From an uncultured Burkholderiaceae bacterium (GTDB lineage: Bacteria; Pseudomonadota; Gammaproteobacteria; Burkholderiales; Burkholderiaceae_C), in NCBI GenBank assembly GCA_938022295.1, contig CALIDR010000126.1, forward strand, positions 1 to 49,739: DNA of 49,739 bases, written 5' to 3'. Of this stretch, positions 1-14,184 are shown in pieces (position 1 is the stretch's first letter; each line of letters begins with the position of its first letter). The notes beneath the pieces were generated by a model that made no database searches, had not been told where the DNA came from, and was given only the letters and a program-made list of their open reading frames with translations. The translations under genes and the position numbers were made by a program.

Positions 1-2664
<2,664 letters not shown>

Positions 2665-2668
<4 letters not shown>

Positions 2669-4491
2669 GCGAGCCCGCGGCGCCGCCGGCCCCGCAAGCC
2701 CCGCACCGTCCGGGCTGGGCGTTCTGGGCCACCGGCGCGCTGCTGGTGCTCGTGCTCGCCGCGGTGGCGTTCGTGCAGTCGCGCCAGCACGCGCTGCTGG
2801 ACGCGACGACGCACTACCAGGACGACTACCTCAAGATCAGCCTCGGCCAGCTCGAGACCGAGTACCTGCGGCTGCGCGACGTCTGGCACGACGGCGCGAC
2901 GCGCGACACCGTCGACCGCGACGCGCTGCAGCTGCGCTACGACATTTTCGTCAGCCGCGTCGACCTGCTGAACAACCGCACCGCGGAGCGGCTGATCGCC
3001 GACCGGCGCGAGTTCGACGCCACCTGGGCGCAGCTGACGGCCTTCGTGCGCGACGCCGACGCGCTGCTCGGGCCGCAGCGGGGCGTGCCGGCCGACGCCG
3101 CCGCGCTGCGGGCGCTGCTGCCGGCGCTCGACGCGCTCGAGAAGCCGATCCACGCCCTCACGCTCGAGGCGTCGCACGTCGCCACGGCGCAGGTCGCACT
3201 GCGCAACGAGGCGGTGCGCCAGCACAACCGCGTCGCCCTCGCGCTGACGGCGCTGCTGTCGGTGACGACGCTGGTGTTCGGCGTGATCGCGATGGGGCAG
3301 ATGCGCCAGCTCGAGCGCCGCCGCCGCGAACAGGAGGCGCTGGCGGCCGAGCTGCGCGACGCGCGCCGCGCCGCCGAGGCGGCGAGCGATGCGAAGAGCG
3401 CCTTCCTCGCCAACATGAGCCACGAGATCCGCACCCCGTTCCACGGGCTGCTGGGCATGCTCTCGCTGCTGCGCGACACGCCGCTGGACGAGCGGCAGCG
3501 GACGCACCTGAAGACGGCCACCGAGTCGGCCGACCACCTGCTCGCGATCCTCAACGACGTGCTGGACCTGTCCAAGCTCGAGGCGGGCACGCTGCGCCTG
3601 GAGCCCGAGCCGGTGGAGCTGCGGCGCCTGGTCGACGACGTCGAGGCGCTGATGCGGCCCCAGGTCATCGGCAAGGGGCTCGCGCTGCACGTGGCGGTGG
3701 ACGACGCGCTGCCGCCGCACGTGGTCGCCGACCCCACGCGCGTCAGGCAGGTGCTGTTCAACCTGCTGTCCAATGCGATCAAGTTCTCCGACCGCGGCGC
3801 GATCATGCTCGAGGTGCAGCGCGGCGACGGGCGCATCGAGTTCGTCGTCACCGACACCGGCATCGGGATCGACGAGGCGACGCTCGCCCGCCTGTTCGAG
3901 CGCTTCTCGCAGGGCGACGCGAGCCGCTCGCGCCGCCACGGCGGCGCGGGGCTGGGCCTGGAGATCTCGCGCAACCTGGCGCGCCTGATGGGCGGCGACC
4001 TCACGGTGCGCAGCAACCCCGGGCGCGGCAGCCGGTTCCAGTTCGACCTGCCGCTCGTCGAGGCCGGCGCGCCCGCGCCGGCGCCCGCGCCGGACGCGGC
4101 GCCGGCGCCCGCGCGGCCGCTGCGCGTGCTCGCCGCCGAGGACCACCCGGTCAACCGGCTCTACCTCGGGGCGCTGCTCGAGCGCCTGGGCCACCAGGCG
4201 ACGTTCGTCGAGAACGGCGTGCAGGCGGTCGAGGCGGCGCGCGAGCTGGCCGCGCGCGGCGACTGCGTCGACCTCGTCCTGATGGACCTGCACATGCCCA
4301 CGCTGGACGGCGTCGGCGCCGCGCGAGGCATCCGCGCGCTCGGCGGCCCGATGTCGGCGGTGCCGATCCTCGCGCTGACGGCCGACGTGTTCCCCGAGAC
4401 GCGCGAACGGTGCCTGGCCGCCGGCATGAACGGCTTCATCGCCAAGCCGGTGGACCTCGGCGCGCTGTCGGCCGCGATCTCGCGGGTCTGA
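2665..4491 (+). CDS. Hybrid sensor histidine kinase/response regulator with a periplasmic sensor domain between two TM helices
   Basis: [13 protein letters not shown]-box, [24 protein letters not shown] domain ([22 protein letters not shown]); ATGA overlap with the upstream gene. Confidence 0.93.
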
Positions 4492-4503
4492 CGCGCGAGG
4501 CCG

Positions 4504-5556
4504 TCAGACGACGACCGGCTCGGGCTCGAGCCGGATGCCGAAGCGCCCGTAGACGCTTTCCTGGATCGCGCGCGCGAGCGTCAGCACCTCGGCGCCGCTC
4601 GCCCCCCCGCGGTTGACGAGCACGAGCGCCTGCTTGTCGTACACCCCGGCGCGGCCGATCGACTTGCCCTTCCAGCCGCAGGCGTCGATCAGCCAGCCGG
4701 CGGCGAGCTTGTAGCGGCCGTCGGGCAGCGCGTAGTGCACGAGGTGCGGGTCGCGGCCGATGATGTCGCGGCACTGCTCGGCGGTGACGACCGGGTTCTT
4801 GAAGAAGCTGCCGGCGTTGCCGATCGTCGCCGGGTCGGGCAGCTTGGCGCGGCGGATCGCGCACACCCAGTCGAAGATCGTGCGCGCGTCGGGCGCCGTG
4901 AGGCCGGTCTCGTGCACCTTGCGCTCGAGGTCGAGATAGCCGAGCACCGGCCGCCAGGGCCTGGGCAGGCGCAGCCGCACGCGCGTGATCAGGCTCTTGC
5001 CCGCGAGGCCGCCGAAGCCGCCGTGCTTGAAGACGCTGTCGCGGTAGCCGAAGCGGCAGGCGGCGGCGTCGAGCGTGACGCTGCGCCCGGTGACGAGGTC
5101 CACCGCGTCGAGCGACTCGAAGCGATCGGCGAGCTCGAGCCCGTAGGCGCCGATGTTCTGCACCGGCGCCGCACCGACGGTGCCGGGGATCAGCGCCAGG
5201 TTCTCCAGCCCCGCATACCCCTGCCCGAGCGTCCACGCGACGAGTTCGTGCCACGACTCGCCGGCGCCGGCCTCGACGACGAAGGCGTCGTCGCGCGCCT
5301 CGAGCAGGCGCATGCCGCGCACCTCGACCTTCAGCACCACCTGCGCGACGTCGCGCGTGAGCACCAGGTTGCTGCCGCCGCCGAGCACGAGCTTCGGCGC
5401 GCGGCCGAGCTGCGGATCGGCGAGCACGCGGCGCACGTCGGCGTCGCTGCGCACGCGCACCATCGTCTGCGCGATCGCGGGCAGCCCGAACGTGTTGTAG
5501 GCACGAAGGCTGACCTGGCGTTCGACCGCGAAACCGTTTTCGACGACGGGGTGCAT
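4504..5556 (-). CDS. murB: UDP-N-acetylmuramate dehydrogenase
   Basis: [52 protein letters not shown]. Confidence 0.97.
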   Translation of the reverse strand: MHPVVENGFAVERQVSLRAYNTFGLPAIAQTMVRVRSDADVRRVLADPQLGRAPKLVLGGGSNLVLTRDVAQVVLKVEVRGMRLLEARDDAFVVEAGAGESWHELVAWTLGQGYAGLENLALIPGTVGAAPVQNIGAYGLELADRFESLDAVDLVTGRSVTLDAAACRFGYRDSVFKHGGFGGLAGKSLITRVRLRLPRPWRPVLGYLDLERKVHETGLTAPDARTIFDWVCAIRRAKLPDPATIGNAGSFFKNPVVTAEQCRDIIGRDPHLVHYALPDGRYKLAAGWLIDACGWKGKSIGRAGVYDKQALVLVNRGGASGAEVLTLARAIQESVYGRFGIRLEPEPVVV

Positions 5557-5606
5557 GGCAGAATTTTCGCCGATCGGTGCCGCCTGCGCGCCTTCGACCC
5601 CACGCC

Positions 5607-6101
5607 ATGCCCAGCTTCGACACCGTGCTCGAGCCCGACCTCGTCGAGGTGCGCAACGCCGTCGACCAGTGCGCCAAGGAGATCGGCACCCGCTTCGACT
5701 TCAAGGGCACGAGCGCGCGCGTCGAGCTCGGCGACAAGGGCAAGGAGCTCACGCTGTACGGCGACAGCGACTTCCAGCTCGGCCAGGTCAAGGACGTGCT
5801 GCTGGCCAAGCTCGCCAAGCGCGGCGTCGACGTGCGCTTCCTCGACGACAGTGCGAAGGTCGAGAAGATCGGCGGCGACAAGGTCAGGCAGGTGCTGCGC
5901 GTCAAGGCGGGCATCGACGGCGAGCACGCGAAGAAGATCCAGGCCCTGGTCAAGGCCAGCAAGCTGAAGGTGCAGGCGGCGATCCAGGGCGACACGGTGC
6001 GCGTGACCGGCGGCAAGCGCGACGACCTGCAGGCGGCGATCGCGCTGCTGCGCAAGGAAGTGGCCGACCTGCCGCTGTCGTTCACCAACTTCCGCGACTG
6101 A
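5607..6101 (+). CDS. yajQ: YajQ family nucleotide/c-di-GMP-binding protein
   Basis: [39 protein letters not shown]. Confidence 0.96.
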   Translation: MPSFDTVLEPDLVEVRNAVDQCAKEIGTRFDFKGTSARVELGDKGKELTLYGDSDFQLGQVKDVLLAKLAKRGVDVRFLDDSAKVEKIGGDKVRQVLRVKAGIDGEHAKKIQALVKASKLKVQAAIQGDTVRVTGGKRDDLQAAIALLRKEVADLPLSFTNFRD

Positions 6102-6105
6102 CGCG

Positions 6106-6756
6106 ATGCGCCGGCCGCGGACGCTGTGGGTGATCGTCGCCGGCATGGCCGCCGCCGGCGCGGCTGCCGCCCAGCACGTGACGCTCAACGGCAGCATCGG
6201 CACCCGCGCCGCGCTGCTCGTGATCGACGGCCAGCCGCGCACCGTCGCGGTGGGCAGCAGCGTGGGCGGCGTGCGCGTGCTGTCGGTCAGCGAAGGCGCG
6301 GTCGAGGTCGAGGTGGAAGGCCGCCGCCAGGTGCTGCGCATCGGCGAGGCGCCGGCCGCCGTCGCCGGCGCGCCTCGCCCCGCGACGGCGGGCGAGATCG
6401 TGCTCACCGCCGGGCCCGGCGGGCACTTCACGACGCTGGGCAGCGTCAACGGGCGGCCGGTGTCGTTCATCGTCGACACCGGGGCCACCGTCGTCGCGCT
6501 CGGCCAGGCCCAGGCCGAGGGCGCGGGCCTGAACTGGCGTACCGGCCAGCCGGTCGTCACGCAGACCGCCAACGGCCCGGTGACGGCCTACGCCGTCACG
6601 CTCGACCGCGTGCGCGTCGGCGAGGTCGAGGTGCGGCAGGTGCCGGCGATCGTGCTGCCGGTCGTGCTGCCTCACGCGCTGCTGGGCAACAGCTTCCTGC
6701 AGCGGTTCCAGCTCACGCGCACGAACGACGTGATGCGGCTGGAGCGCAAGCCGTAG
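6106..6756 (+). CDS. Retropepsin-like (clan AA) aspartic protease
   Basis: Signal peptide; FIVDTGAT, TANG, LLGNSFL. Confidence 0.88.
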   Translation: MRRPRTLWVIVAGMAAAGAAAAQHVTLNGSIGTRAALLVIDGQPRTVAVGSSVGGVRVLSVSEGAVEVEVEGRRQVLRIGEAPAAVAGAPRPATAGEIVLTAGPGGHFTTLGSVNGRPVSFIVDTGATVVALGQAQAEGAGLNWRTGQPVVTQTANGPVTAYAVTLDRVRVGEVEVRQVPAIVLPVVLPHALLGNSFLQRFQLTRTNDVMRLERKP

Positions 6757-6760
6757 CGGA

Positions 6761-6778
6761 GGCCGGAGGCATCCGGCC
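6761..6778. terminator. Hairpin between convergent genes (possible terminator)
   Basis: GGCCGGA-ggca-TCCGGCC between the protease and folE2 stop codons; no U-tract. Confidence 0.35.
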
Positions 6779-6810
6779 CTCGCCAGCCGCGCGCTCGCCC
6801 GCAGCGCGCC

Positions 6811-7611
6811 CTACGAGCGCTCGATGCGCGCGTAGGCGCTGTGGTTGTGGATCGACTCGAAGTTCTCGACGTCGACGGCGTAGCGGCCGATGCGCGGGTC
6901 GGCGTTCAGGCGCAGCGCGACGTCGCGCACCAGGTCCTCGACGAACTTCGGGTTCTCGTAGGCGCGCTCGGTGATCCACTTCTCGTCGGGGCGCTTGAGC
7001 AGCGGCCAGACCTCGCTGGAAGCGCTGTCCTCGGCGAAGCGCACGAGTTCGTGCCAGTCCAAGGGCGCCAGCAGCTCGGCGCGGATCGTCACCTTCGAGC
7101 GCTGGTTGTGCGCGCCGTAGTCGGAGATCTCCTTCGAGCACGGGCACAGGCTCTTGACCGGCACCGCCACCTCGGCCCAGACCGCCGTGCGGCCGTCGCG
7201 CGTCTCGGCGATCCAGCGGCCCTCGTAGTCGAGCAGGCTCGCCACGCCCGACACCGGCGCGCGCTTCTTCAGGAAGAAGCCGAACCGCGCCTCGATGCGG
7301 CCCTCGCCGGCGTGCAGCCGGTCCAGCATCGCCGCGAGCTGGCCGCGCAGCACCGGCGCGTCGACGACGGCGTCGCCGGCGGCGAGCTCGTCGAGCCAGG
7401 CGACGAAGCGCGACATGTGGGTGCCCTTGCGCTCGGCCGGCAGCGCGACGTCGAGGTCCCACGCTGCCGTCGTCGCCTGCACGGCGCCCGCCACGCGCAG
7501 CCGCAGCGGGTAGCGCACGTCCTTGATGCCCACCCGCTGGATCGGCAGGCGCCGCTCGTCGCGCGCGCTTTGCGTGTCGGGGATGTGCAGGCTGTCGGTG
7601 GGGTGGCTCAT
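6811..7611 (-). CDS. folE2: GTP cyclohydrolase IB
   Basis: [57 protein letters not shown]. Confidence 0.96.
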   Translation of the reverse strand: MSHPTDSLHIPDTQSARDERRLPIQRVGIKDVRYPLRLRVAGAVQATTAAWDLDVALPAERKGTHMSRFVAWLDELAAGDAVVDAPVLRGQLAAMLDRLHAGEGRIEARFGFFLKKRAPVSGVASLLDYEGRWIAETRDGRTAVWAEVAVPVKSLCPCSKEISDYGAHNQRSKVTIRAELLAPLDWHELVRFAEDSASSEVWPLLKRPDEKWITERAYENPKFVEDLVRDVALRLNADPRIGRYAVDVENFESIHNHSAYARIERS

Positions 7612-7730
7612 CGTCGCTCGTGCCCCGGTCGGGGGGCCGGGGTTCTCGGCGGGGTTCTCGGGGACGACCCGGAGCTTGTCATCAATCGGGCATCCTTGCC
7701 GCGGCGGGCCCATTCGGCGCCGCCGCAACC

Positions 7731-9635
7731 TCACCCGCCGGCCGCCGCCACCGGCGCCAGCCGGGCGGCTCCGCGCCCGAAGCGCTCGACGATGGAGCGC
7801 TCGATGCCGGCGGCGTCGAGCCCGAGCATCGCCAGCAGGCGCGCTGGGTCGCCGTGCTCGACGAACGCGTCGGGCAGCCCGAGCGCCAGCACCGGGTGGC
7901 CGAGGCCGGCGGCCTGCAGCGCCTCCATCACCGCCGCGCCGGCGCCGCCGGGCAGGCACCCTTCCTCGACGGTGACGAACGCCTCGTGGGTGCGGGCCAG
8001 CGCCTCGACGAGCTGCGTGTCCAGCGGCTTGACGAAGCGCATGTCGGCCACCGTCGCGCCGAGCCGCTCGGCGGCGGCGAGCGCCGGATGCAGCAGCGTG
8101 CCGAAGGCGAGGATGGCGATGCGCTCGCCCTCGCGCCGCACGAGGCCGCGGCCCCATTCCCACGTCTCGAAGCCGGGGCGCACGGCAGCCCCGACGCCCG
8201 CGCCGCGGGGGTAGCGCACCGCCACCGGCTGGTCGCGGCCGAACGCGGTGCTGAGCGCGCTGCGGCACTCGTCCTCGTCCGACGGCGCGAGCAGCGCCAT
8301 GTTCGGGATGCAGCGCACGTAGGCGATGTCGTAGGCGCCGCAGTGCGTCGGCCCGTCGGCGCCGACGATGCCGGCGCGGTCGAGCGCGAACACGACCGGC
8401 AGGTTCTGCAGCGCGATGTCGTGGATCATCTGGTCGTAGCCGCGCTGCAGGAACGTGCTGTAGATCGCGACCACCGGCTTCAGCCCCTCGCAGGCCAGGC
8501 CGCCGGCGAACGTCACCGCGTGCTGCTCGGCGATGCCGACGTCGAAACAGCGGCGCGGGAAGCGGCGCTGGAACTCGACCATGCCCGAGCCCTCGAGCAT
8601 CGCCGGCGTGATGCCCACCAGCCGCTCGTCGGCGGCGGCCATGTCGCACAGCCACTGGCCGAATACCTGGGTGAACGTCGGCTTGGGCGGCGTGGCCGGC
8701 TTCTGCAGGCCCTGCGCGGGGTCGAACTTGCCCGGGCCGTGGTAGGCGATCGGGTCGGCCTCGGCGAGCTTGTAGCCGTAGCCCTTCTTCGTGATCACGT
8801 GCAGGAACTGCGGGCCGGGCTTGCCGCGCAGGTTCTCCAGCGTCGGGATCAGCGCGTCGAGGTCGTGGCCGTCGATCGGGCCGACGTAGTTGAAGCCGAA
8901 CTCCTCGAAGATCGTGCCCGGCACGACCATGCCCTTGGCGTGCTCCTCGAGCCGGCGCGCGAGCTCGAGCAGCGGCGGCGCGTTCTTCAGCACCTGCTTG
9001 GCGCCCTCGCGCGCGGCGCTGTAGAACTTGCCGCTGATCAGGCGCGCCAGGTACTTGTTCAGCGCCCCCACCGGCGGGCTGATCGACATGTCGTTGTCGT
9101 TGAGCACGACGAGCAGGTTCGCCGGCGCGCCGGCGTGCGGCACGCCGGCGTTGTTCAGCGCCTCGAACGCCATGCCGGCGCTCATCGCGCCGTCGCCGAT
9201 CACGGCGACGACCTTGCGCGCCTCGCCCTTGAGCTGCGAGGCGATCGCCATGCCGAGCGCGGCCGAGATCGACGTCGAGCTGTGCGCGGTGCCGAAAGTG
9301 TCGTACTCGCTCTCGTCGCGACGCGGGAAGCCGCTCAGCCCGCCGAGCTGGCGCAGCGTGGCCATGCGGTCGCGCCGGCCGGTGAGGATCTTGTGCGGGT
9401 ACGTCTGGTGTCCGACGTCCCACACGATGCGGTCGTGGGGCGTGTGGTAGACGGTGTGCAGCGCGATCGTGAGCTCCACCGTCCCGAGGTTGCTCGACAG
9501 GTGGCCGCCGGTCTTGCTGACGCTGTGCAGCAGGAAGCTGCGCAGCTCGTTGGCGAGCGTGGCGAGCTGGTCGCGCGACAGCCGCCGCAGGTCGGCCGGG
9601 CTGTCGATGGCGTTGAGCAGCGGGTAGGCGGTCAT
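7731..9635 (-). CDS. dxs: 1-deoxy-D-xylulose-5-phosphate synthase
   Basis: [53 protein letters not shown]; start placed at MTAYPLL (an alternative ATG lies at 9737). Confidence 0.97.
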   Translation of the reverse strand: MTAYPLLNAIDSPADLRRLSRDQLATLANELRSFLLHSVSKTGGHLSSNLGTVELTIALHTVYHTPHDRIVWDVGHQTYPHKILTGRRDRMATLRQLGGLSGFPRRDESEYDTFGTAHSSTSISAALGMAIASQLKGEARKVVAVIGDGAMSAGMAFEALNNAGVPHAGAPANLLVVLNDNDMSISPPVGALNKYLARLISGKFYSAAREGAKQVLKNAPPLLELARRLEEHAKGMVVPGTIFEEFGFNYVGPIDGHDLDALIPTLENLRGKPGPQFLHVITKKGYGYKLAEADPIAYHGPGKFDPAQGLQKPATPPKPTFTQVFGQWLCDMAAADERLVGITPAMLEGSGMVEFQRRFPRRCFDVGIAEQHAVTFAGGLACEGLKPVVAIYSTFLQRGYDQMIHDIALQNLPVVFALDRAGIVGADGPTHCGAYDIAYVRCIPNMALLAPSDEDECRSALSTAFGRDQPVAVRYPRGAGVGAAVRPGFETWEWGRGLVRREGERIAILAFGTLLHPALAAAERLGATVADMRFVKPLDTQLVEALARTHEAFVTVEEGCLPGGAGAAVMEALQAAGLGHPVLALGLPDAFVEHGDPARLLAMLGLDAAGIERSIVERFGRGAARLAPVAAAGG

Positions 9636-9738
9636 GGCAGGCAGATCCGGGGAAGAGGCCTCGCCGCGCCGCGGCGGCGAGCCGGTGGACAGGGCCGCGA
9701 CACCGCCCGTGGTGGCGATCGAGAAGGCATCGGTCATC

Positions 9739-10644
9739 TCAATGGTGCCGCGCGACGATCAGGCCGGCGAGGTCGTGCAGCCGCCCGGTGTGCGCGAGGC
9801 CGCTGCGCCCGAGCGCGGCGAGCGCCTCGGCGTGCAGCGCCTGCGCGCGCTCGCGTGCGGCCGCCAGCCCGAGCACGGTGACGTAGGTCGGCTTGTGGGC
9901 GTCGGCGTCCTTGCCCGCCGTCTTGCCGAGCGCCTGCGACGGCTGCGTCGCGTCGAGCACGTCGTCGACGACCTGGAACGCGAGCCCGATCGCCTCGCCG
10001 TAGGCGGCCAGCGCCTGCCACGCCGCGGCGTCGACGGCGCCGCACGCCGCGCCCATCAGCACGCTCGCCTGCAGCAGGGCGCCGGTCTTGCGGCGGTGCA
10101 TCTCGCGCAGCGCGCCCTCGTCGAGCGCGTGGCCGACGTGCGCGAGGTCGATCGCCTGGCCGCCGGCCATGCCGGCGTGGCCGGCCGCGCGGGCGAGCAG
10201 GCCGCACAGCCGCGCCTGCAGCGGCGGCGGCAGCGCCGGGTCATCGTCGGGCGTCAGCACCTCGAACGCCAGCGCCTGCATCGCGTCGCCGGCGAGCATC
10301 GCCTGCGCCTGGCCGAAGCGCACGTGCACCGTCGGCTTGCCGCGGCGCAGCACGTCGTTGTCCATGCACGGCATGTCATCGTGCACCAGCGAGTAGGCGT
10401 GGATCAGCTCGACGGCCACCGCCGCGCGCAGCGCCGCCGCGCGGGCGCCCGCCACCGCCTCGGCGGCGGCGAGCACGAGCAGCGGCCGCACGCGCTTGCC
10501 GCCGTCGAGCACGGCGTAGCGCATCGCCTCGCCGAGCCCGGCCGGCGCGTCGGCCGGCACCCAGCGCCCGAGCGCGGCCTCGACCTCGCCGAGCGCGCGG
10601 TGCATCCAGCCGGCGAACGCGTCGCCCGTCAGTTCGGCGCCCAT
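9739..10644 (-). CDS. ispA: Farnesyl diphosphate synthase (geranyltranstransferase)
   Basis: [52 protein letters not shown]. Confidence 0.95.
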   Translation of the reverse strand: MGAELTGDAFAGWMHRALGEVEAALGRWVPADAPAGLGEAMRYAVLDGGKRVRPLLVLAAAEAVAGARAAALRAAVAVELIHAYSLVHDDMPCMDNDVLRRGKPTVHVRFGQAQAMLAGDAMQALAFEVLTPDDDPALPPPLQARLCGLLARAAGHAGMAGGQAIDLAHVGHALDEGALREMHRRKTGALLQASVLMGAACGAVDAAAWQALAAYGEAIGLAFQVVDDVLDATQPSQALGKTAGKDADAHKPTYVTVLGLAAARERAQALHAEALAALGRSGLAHTGRLHDLAGLIVARHH

Positions 10645-10871
10645 GGCTTGAGCTGCCCGTCCTCGAGCACCTTGACCTGCGCCTCGACGGCCTGCAGCCG
10701 CTCGCGGCAGAACGTCAGCAGCTCGGCACCGCGGCGGTAGCTCTCGAGCAGGCGGTCCAGGGGCATCTGGCCGCCCTCCATCGCCTGCACGAGCTGTTCG
10801 AGCTCGGCCAGCGCCTGCTCGTAGGTCGCCGGTGCAGCGGCAGCAGGTGCGGGGGCGGGAGCGCGCGGCAT
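10629..10871 (-). CDS. xseB: Exodeoxyribonuclease VII small subunit
   Basis: [33 protein letters not shown]; canonical xseB-ispA-dxs order. Confidence 0.94.
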   Translation of the reverse strand: MPRAPAPAPAAAAPATYEQALAELEQLVQAMEGGQMPLDRLLESYRRGAELLTFCRERLQAVEAQVKVLEDGQLKPWAPN

Positions 10872-10897
10872 TTCGGGTTGTGAAATGTGACCGTCCG

Positions 10898-11036
10898 ATT
10901 GTAGACACCGCCCCCGTGTCGGCGGCCAGCCCCCGCCCGCGGCGGCCCGGGGTCACGCCGCCCGTGACGGGGGTCGCGCCCGGCAATGAGCCGCCATCGC
11001 CGGGCGCGCCCGCCGGTCACCCCCGCTGGCTACAAT
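10898..11036. promoter_or_regulatory. Divergent sigma-70 -10 elements for xseB and the Rieske oxygenase gene
   Basis: TACAAT on - at 10898-10903 and TACAAT on + at 11031-11036 within very GC-rich DNA. Confidence 0.5.
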
Positions 11037-11147
11037 CCCGCGCCCCGCGATGCCGTGCGTCCCGGGATCGGTACCGCCGCCCGGGTCGAGCTCTCGGGTT
11101 CGCGCCGGCGGCCGGGTTGACATCGGTTTTTGGAGATCCTGGGGATC

Positions 11148-12269
11148 ATGTCCAACCTGAGCATTGCGCGCGGGGCGCTCGAACGCAGCCGCTCGCAGCT
11201 TTCCGTCTCGACCTACTTCGACGAGGATCTGTACCGCCGCGAGCAGGCGCTGATCTTCGCGCGCGCGCCGCGCTACGTCGGCCACGAGCTGTCGGTGCCC
11301 GAGGTCGGCGACTACCACGCGCTGGCGCACGAGGGCGAGGGGCGCGCGCTGGTGCGCACCGCCGCCGGCGTGGAGCTGATCTCCAACGTCTGCCGCCACC
11401 GCCAGGCGGTGATGCTGCGCGGGCGCGGCCACACGCAGACGAACATCGTCTGCCCGCTGCACCGCTGGACGTACGACCTGCAGGGCCGGCTCGTCGGCGC
11501 GCCGCACTTCGACCACGACCCCTGCCTGGACCTGCGCCGCTACCCGACGCGGAGCTGGAACGGCCTCGTGTTCGAGGACAACGGGCGTGACGTCGCCGCC
11601 GAGCTCGCCCACCTGGGCCCGCGCGCCGAGCTCGACTTCACCGGCTACGTGCTCGACAAGGTGCACGTGCACGAGTGCGACTACAACTGGAAGACGTTCA
11701 TCGAGGTCTACCTCGAGGACTATCACGTCGGCCCGTTCCACCCCGGGCTCGGCCGCTTCGTGACCTGCGACGACCTGCGCTGGGAGTTCGGCCCCCACCA
11801 CAGCGTGCAGACGGTGGGCATCCACCAGGCGCTGGCGCGCCCCGGCTCCGACGTCTACCGCCGCTGGCACGACCAGGTGCTGCGCGTGGGCGACGGCACG
11901 CTGCCGCCGCACGGCGCGATCTGGCTGACCTACTACCCGACGCTGATGGTCGAGTGGTACCCGCACGTGCTCGTCGTCTCGACGCTGCACCCGAAGGGCC
12001 CGCGCAAGACGGTCAACCTCGTCGAGTTCTACTACCCCGAGGAGATCGCCGCCTTCGAGCGCGAGTTCGTCGAGGCCGAGCAGGCGGCCTACATGGAGAC
12101 CTGCGTCGAGGACGACGAGATCGCGCTGCGCATGGACGCCGGGCGGCTGGCGCTGTACGAGCGCGGCGACGACGAGTTCGGCCCCTACCAGAGCCCGATG
12201 GAAGACGGCATGCAGCACTTCCACGAGTGGTACCGGGCGCAGATGGGCATGGACCGGGTGCGCGCCTGA
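11148..12269 (+). CDS. Rieske non-heme iron oxygenase alpha subunit, probable putrescine 2-hydroxylase
   Basis: Rieske motif CRHR...CPLH; NWKTFIEVYLEDYHVGPFH mononuclear-iron motif; divergent from xseB. Confidence 0.85.
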   Translation: MSNLSIARGALERSRSQLSVSTYFDEDLYRREQALIFARAPRYVGHELSVPEVGDYHALAHEGEGRALVRTAAGVELISNVCRHRQAVMLRGRGHTQTNIVCPLHRWTYDLQGRLVGAPHFDHDPCLDLRRYPTRSWNGLVFEDNGRDVAAELAHLGPRAELDFTGYVLDKVHVHECDYNWKTFIEVYLEDYHVGPFHPGLGRFVTCDDLRWEFGPHHSVQTVGIHQALARPGSDVYRRWHDQVLRVGDGTLPPHGAIWLTYYPTLMVEWYPHVLVVSTLHPKGPRKTVNLVEFYYPEEIAAFEREFVEAEQAAYMETCVEDDEIALRMDAGRLALYERGDDEFGPYQSPMEDGMQHFHEWYRAQMGMDRVRA

Positions 12270-12328
12270 GCGCGCTGCCGCCGCTGCCCACGGCGGCGAG
12301 GCTGCGCGCCGTCGGCGCGCCGTGGCTG

Positions 12329-13201
12329 ATGGTCGCGTCGTCGCTGCTGTTCGCGACGATGGGCGTGTGCGTCAAGCTCGCCTCGGCGCACTACCACGCC
12401 GGCGAGATCGTGTTCTACCGCGGCATCGTCGGCGCCGTCTTCGTCGCCACCCTCGTGCACCTGCGCGGCGGCACGCTGCGCACCGCGGTGCCGGCGATGC
12501 ACTTCTGGCGCAGCGCGGTGGGCGTCGCCTCGCTGGTGCTGTGGTTCTACGCGATCGGCGGCCTTCCGCTGGCCACCGCGATGACGCTGAACTACATGTC
12601 GTCGGTGTGGATGGCGCTGTTCCTGATCGGCGGTGCGGTGATGCTCGGCTCGGCGCGGGTCGACGGCCGGCTGGTGGCCGCCGTGCTGATGGGCTTCGCC
12701 GGGGTCGCGCTCGTGCTGCGGCCGACGATCGACGACCGCCAGCTCTGGCACGGCCTGGCCGGGCTGGTGTCGGGCATGTTCGCCGCGCTGGCGTACCTGC
12801 AGGTCACCGCGCTCGGCCGCGCCGGCGAGCCCGAGACGCGCATCGTCTTCTACTTCTCGCTCGGCGGCGTCGTCGCCGGCGCGGCGACGATGGGCTGGAC
12901 CGGCGCCAGCGGCCACGCGCCGGCGGGGCTGGCGCTGCTGCTGGCGATCGGCCTGCTCGCCACCGTGGCGCAGATGCTGATGACGCGCGCCTACGCGATC
13001 GGGCGCACGCTGCCCAACGCCTCGCTGCAGTACCTCGGCATCGCGTTCGCGTTCGTCTACGGTGTGCTGCTGTTCGGCGACCCGGTCACGCTGTCGGCGA
13101 TCGGGGGCATGATCCTGATCGTCGCCGCCGGGCTCGCCGCCACGCTGTTGCGGGTGCGCAGCACGCCGGCCGATGCGCAACGCCCCGCCGCCGAGTCCTG
13201 A
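12329..13201 (+). CDS. DMT/EamA family transporter
   Basis: About 10 TM helices, EIVFYRG, PLATAMTLNY, RIVFYFS; start may lie slightly upstream (about 12266). Confidence 0.88.
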   Translation: MVASSLLFATMGVCVKLASAHYHAGEIVFYRGIVGAVFVATLVHLRGGTLRTAVPAMHFWRSAVGVASLVLWFYAIGGLPLATAMTLNYMSSVWMALFLIGGAVMLGSARVDGRLVAAVLMGFAGVALVLRPTIDDRQLWHGLAGLVSGMFAALAYLQVTALGRAGEPETRIVFYFSLGGVVAGAATMGWTGASGHAPAGLALLLAIGLLATVAQMLMTRAYAIGRTLPNASLQYLGIAFAFVYGVLLFGDPVTLSAIGGMILIVAAGLAATLLRVRSTPADAQRPAAES

Positions 13202-13226
13202 CCCTCGCCCCGCCTCCCATCCCGCC

Positions 13227-14084
13227 ATGGTCCTGCGCACGCTGATCTCCGCCGCCGCCCTCGCCGAGCTGCTGCGCGGCCCCGAGCCCCCCGTGCTGCT
13301 CGACTGCCGGTTCGACCTCTTCGACCCCGCCGCCGGCGAGCGCGCGTACGCCGCCGGCCACCTGCCGGGCGCACGCTACCTGCACCTCGATCGCGATCTG
13401 TCGGGGCCGCGCCACGGCGCCGACGGCCGGTTCCGCGGCCGCCACCCGCTGCCCGAGCGCGCCGCATGGGCCGCCGCCGCGGGGCGGCTCGGCATCGCGC
13501 CGGGGGTGCCCGTCGTCGCCTACGACGCCCAGGGCGGCCCGTACGCGGCACGGGCGTGGTGGCTGCTGCGCTGGCTCGGCCACGCCGAGGTGGCCGTGCT
13601 CGACGGCGGCGTCGACGCCTGGCTCGCCGCGGGCGGCACGCTCGTCGCCGAAGCGCCGGCGCCGGCGGCCCGCGGCCCCTACCCGGCGGGCGAGGCGGCG
13701 ATGCCGACGATCGATGCCGACGCGCTGCTCGCAGCGCTGGGCCGCGTGCGCGTGCTCGACGCTCGCGCGGCGCCGCGGTTTCGCGGCGAGGTCGAGCCGC
13801 TGGACGCCGCCGCCGGCCACGTCCCCGGGGCGCTGAACCGCTGCTTCCAGGACAACCTGCAGCCCGACGGCCGCTTCAAGAGCGCGGCGCAGCTGCACGC
13901 CGAACTGGCGCCGCTCGTGGCCGGCGTCGACCCGGCCGACGTCGTGCAGCAGTGCGGATCGGGCGTCACCGCGTGCCACAACCTGCTCGCGCTCGAGCAC
14001 GCCGGGCTCGGCACCACGGTGCTGTACCCCGGCTCGTGGAGCGAGTGGTCGGCCGACCCGTCGCGGCCGGTGGCGGTGGGCTGA
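13227..14084 (+). CDS. Two-domain rhodanese/3-mercaptopyruvate sulfurtransferase
   Basis: GHLPGA, GRHPLP, LDGG, GHVPGALN, CGSGVTAC, LYPGSWSEW. Confidence 0.93.
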   Translation: MVLRTLISAAALAELLRGPEPPVLLDCRFDLFDPAAGERAYAAGHLPGARYLHLDRDLSGPRHGADGRFRGRHPLPERAAWAAAAGRLGIAPGVPVVAYDAQGGPYAARAWWLLRWLGHAEVAVLDGGVDAWLAAGGTLVAEAPAPAARGPYPAGEAAMPTIDADALLAALGRVRVLDARAAPRFRGEVEPLDAAAGHVPGALNRCFQDNLQPDGRFKSAAQLHAELAPLVAGVDPADVVQQCGSGVTACHNLLALEHAGLGTTVLYPGSWSEWSADPSRPVAVG

Positions 14085-14105
14085 GCGCCGGCGCCCGCCG
14101 CCGCC

Positions 14106-14146
14106 TTGACCTGCCTCAAGACGGCGCCCGCCGCCGGTGCAACACT
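14106..14146 (+). promoter_or_regulatory. FNR/ANR-type box with class II promoter geometry upstream of the usp gene
   Basis: TTGAC-ctgc-CTCAA at 14106-14119 (consensus TTGAT-N4-ATCAA) and a -10-like AACACT at 14141-14146, which places the box at about -41.5. Confidence 0.6.
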
Positions 14147-14184
14147 AGCCGCGTCGATTGCGACGGCCTCCCGAGGAGCACCAC

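Noticed and set aside
7612-9423. Apparent long N-terminal extension of FolE2 (870-aa ORF)
   Set aside because: Alternative frame of dxs; FolE2 similarity begins at the ATG at 7611.
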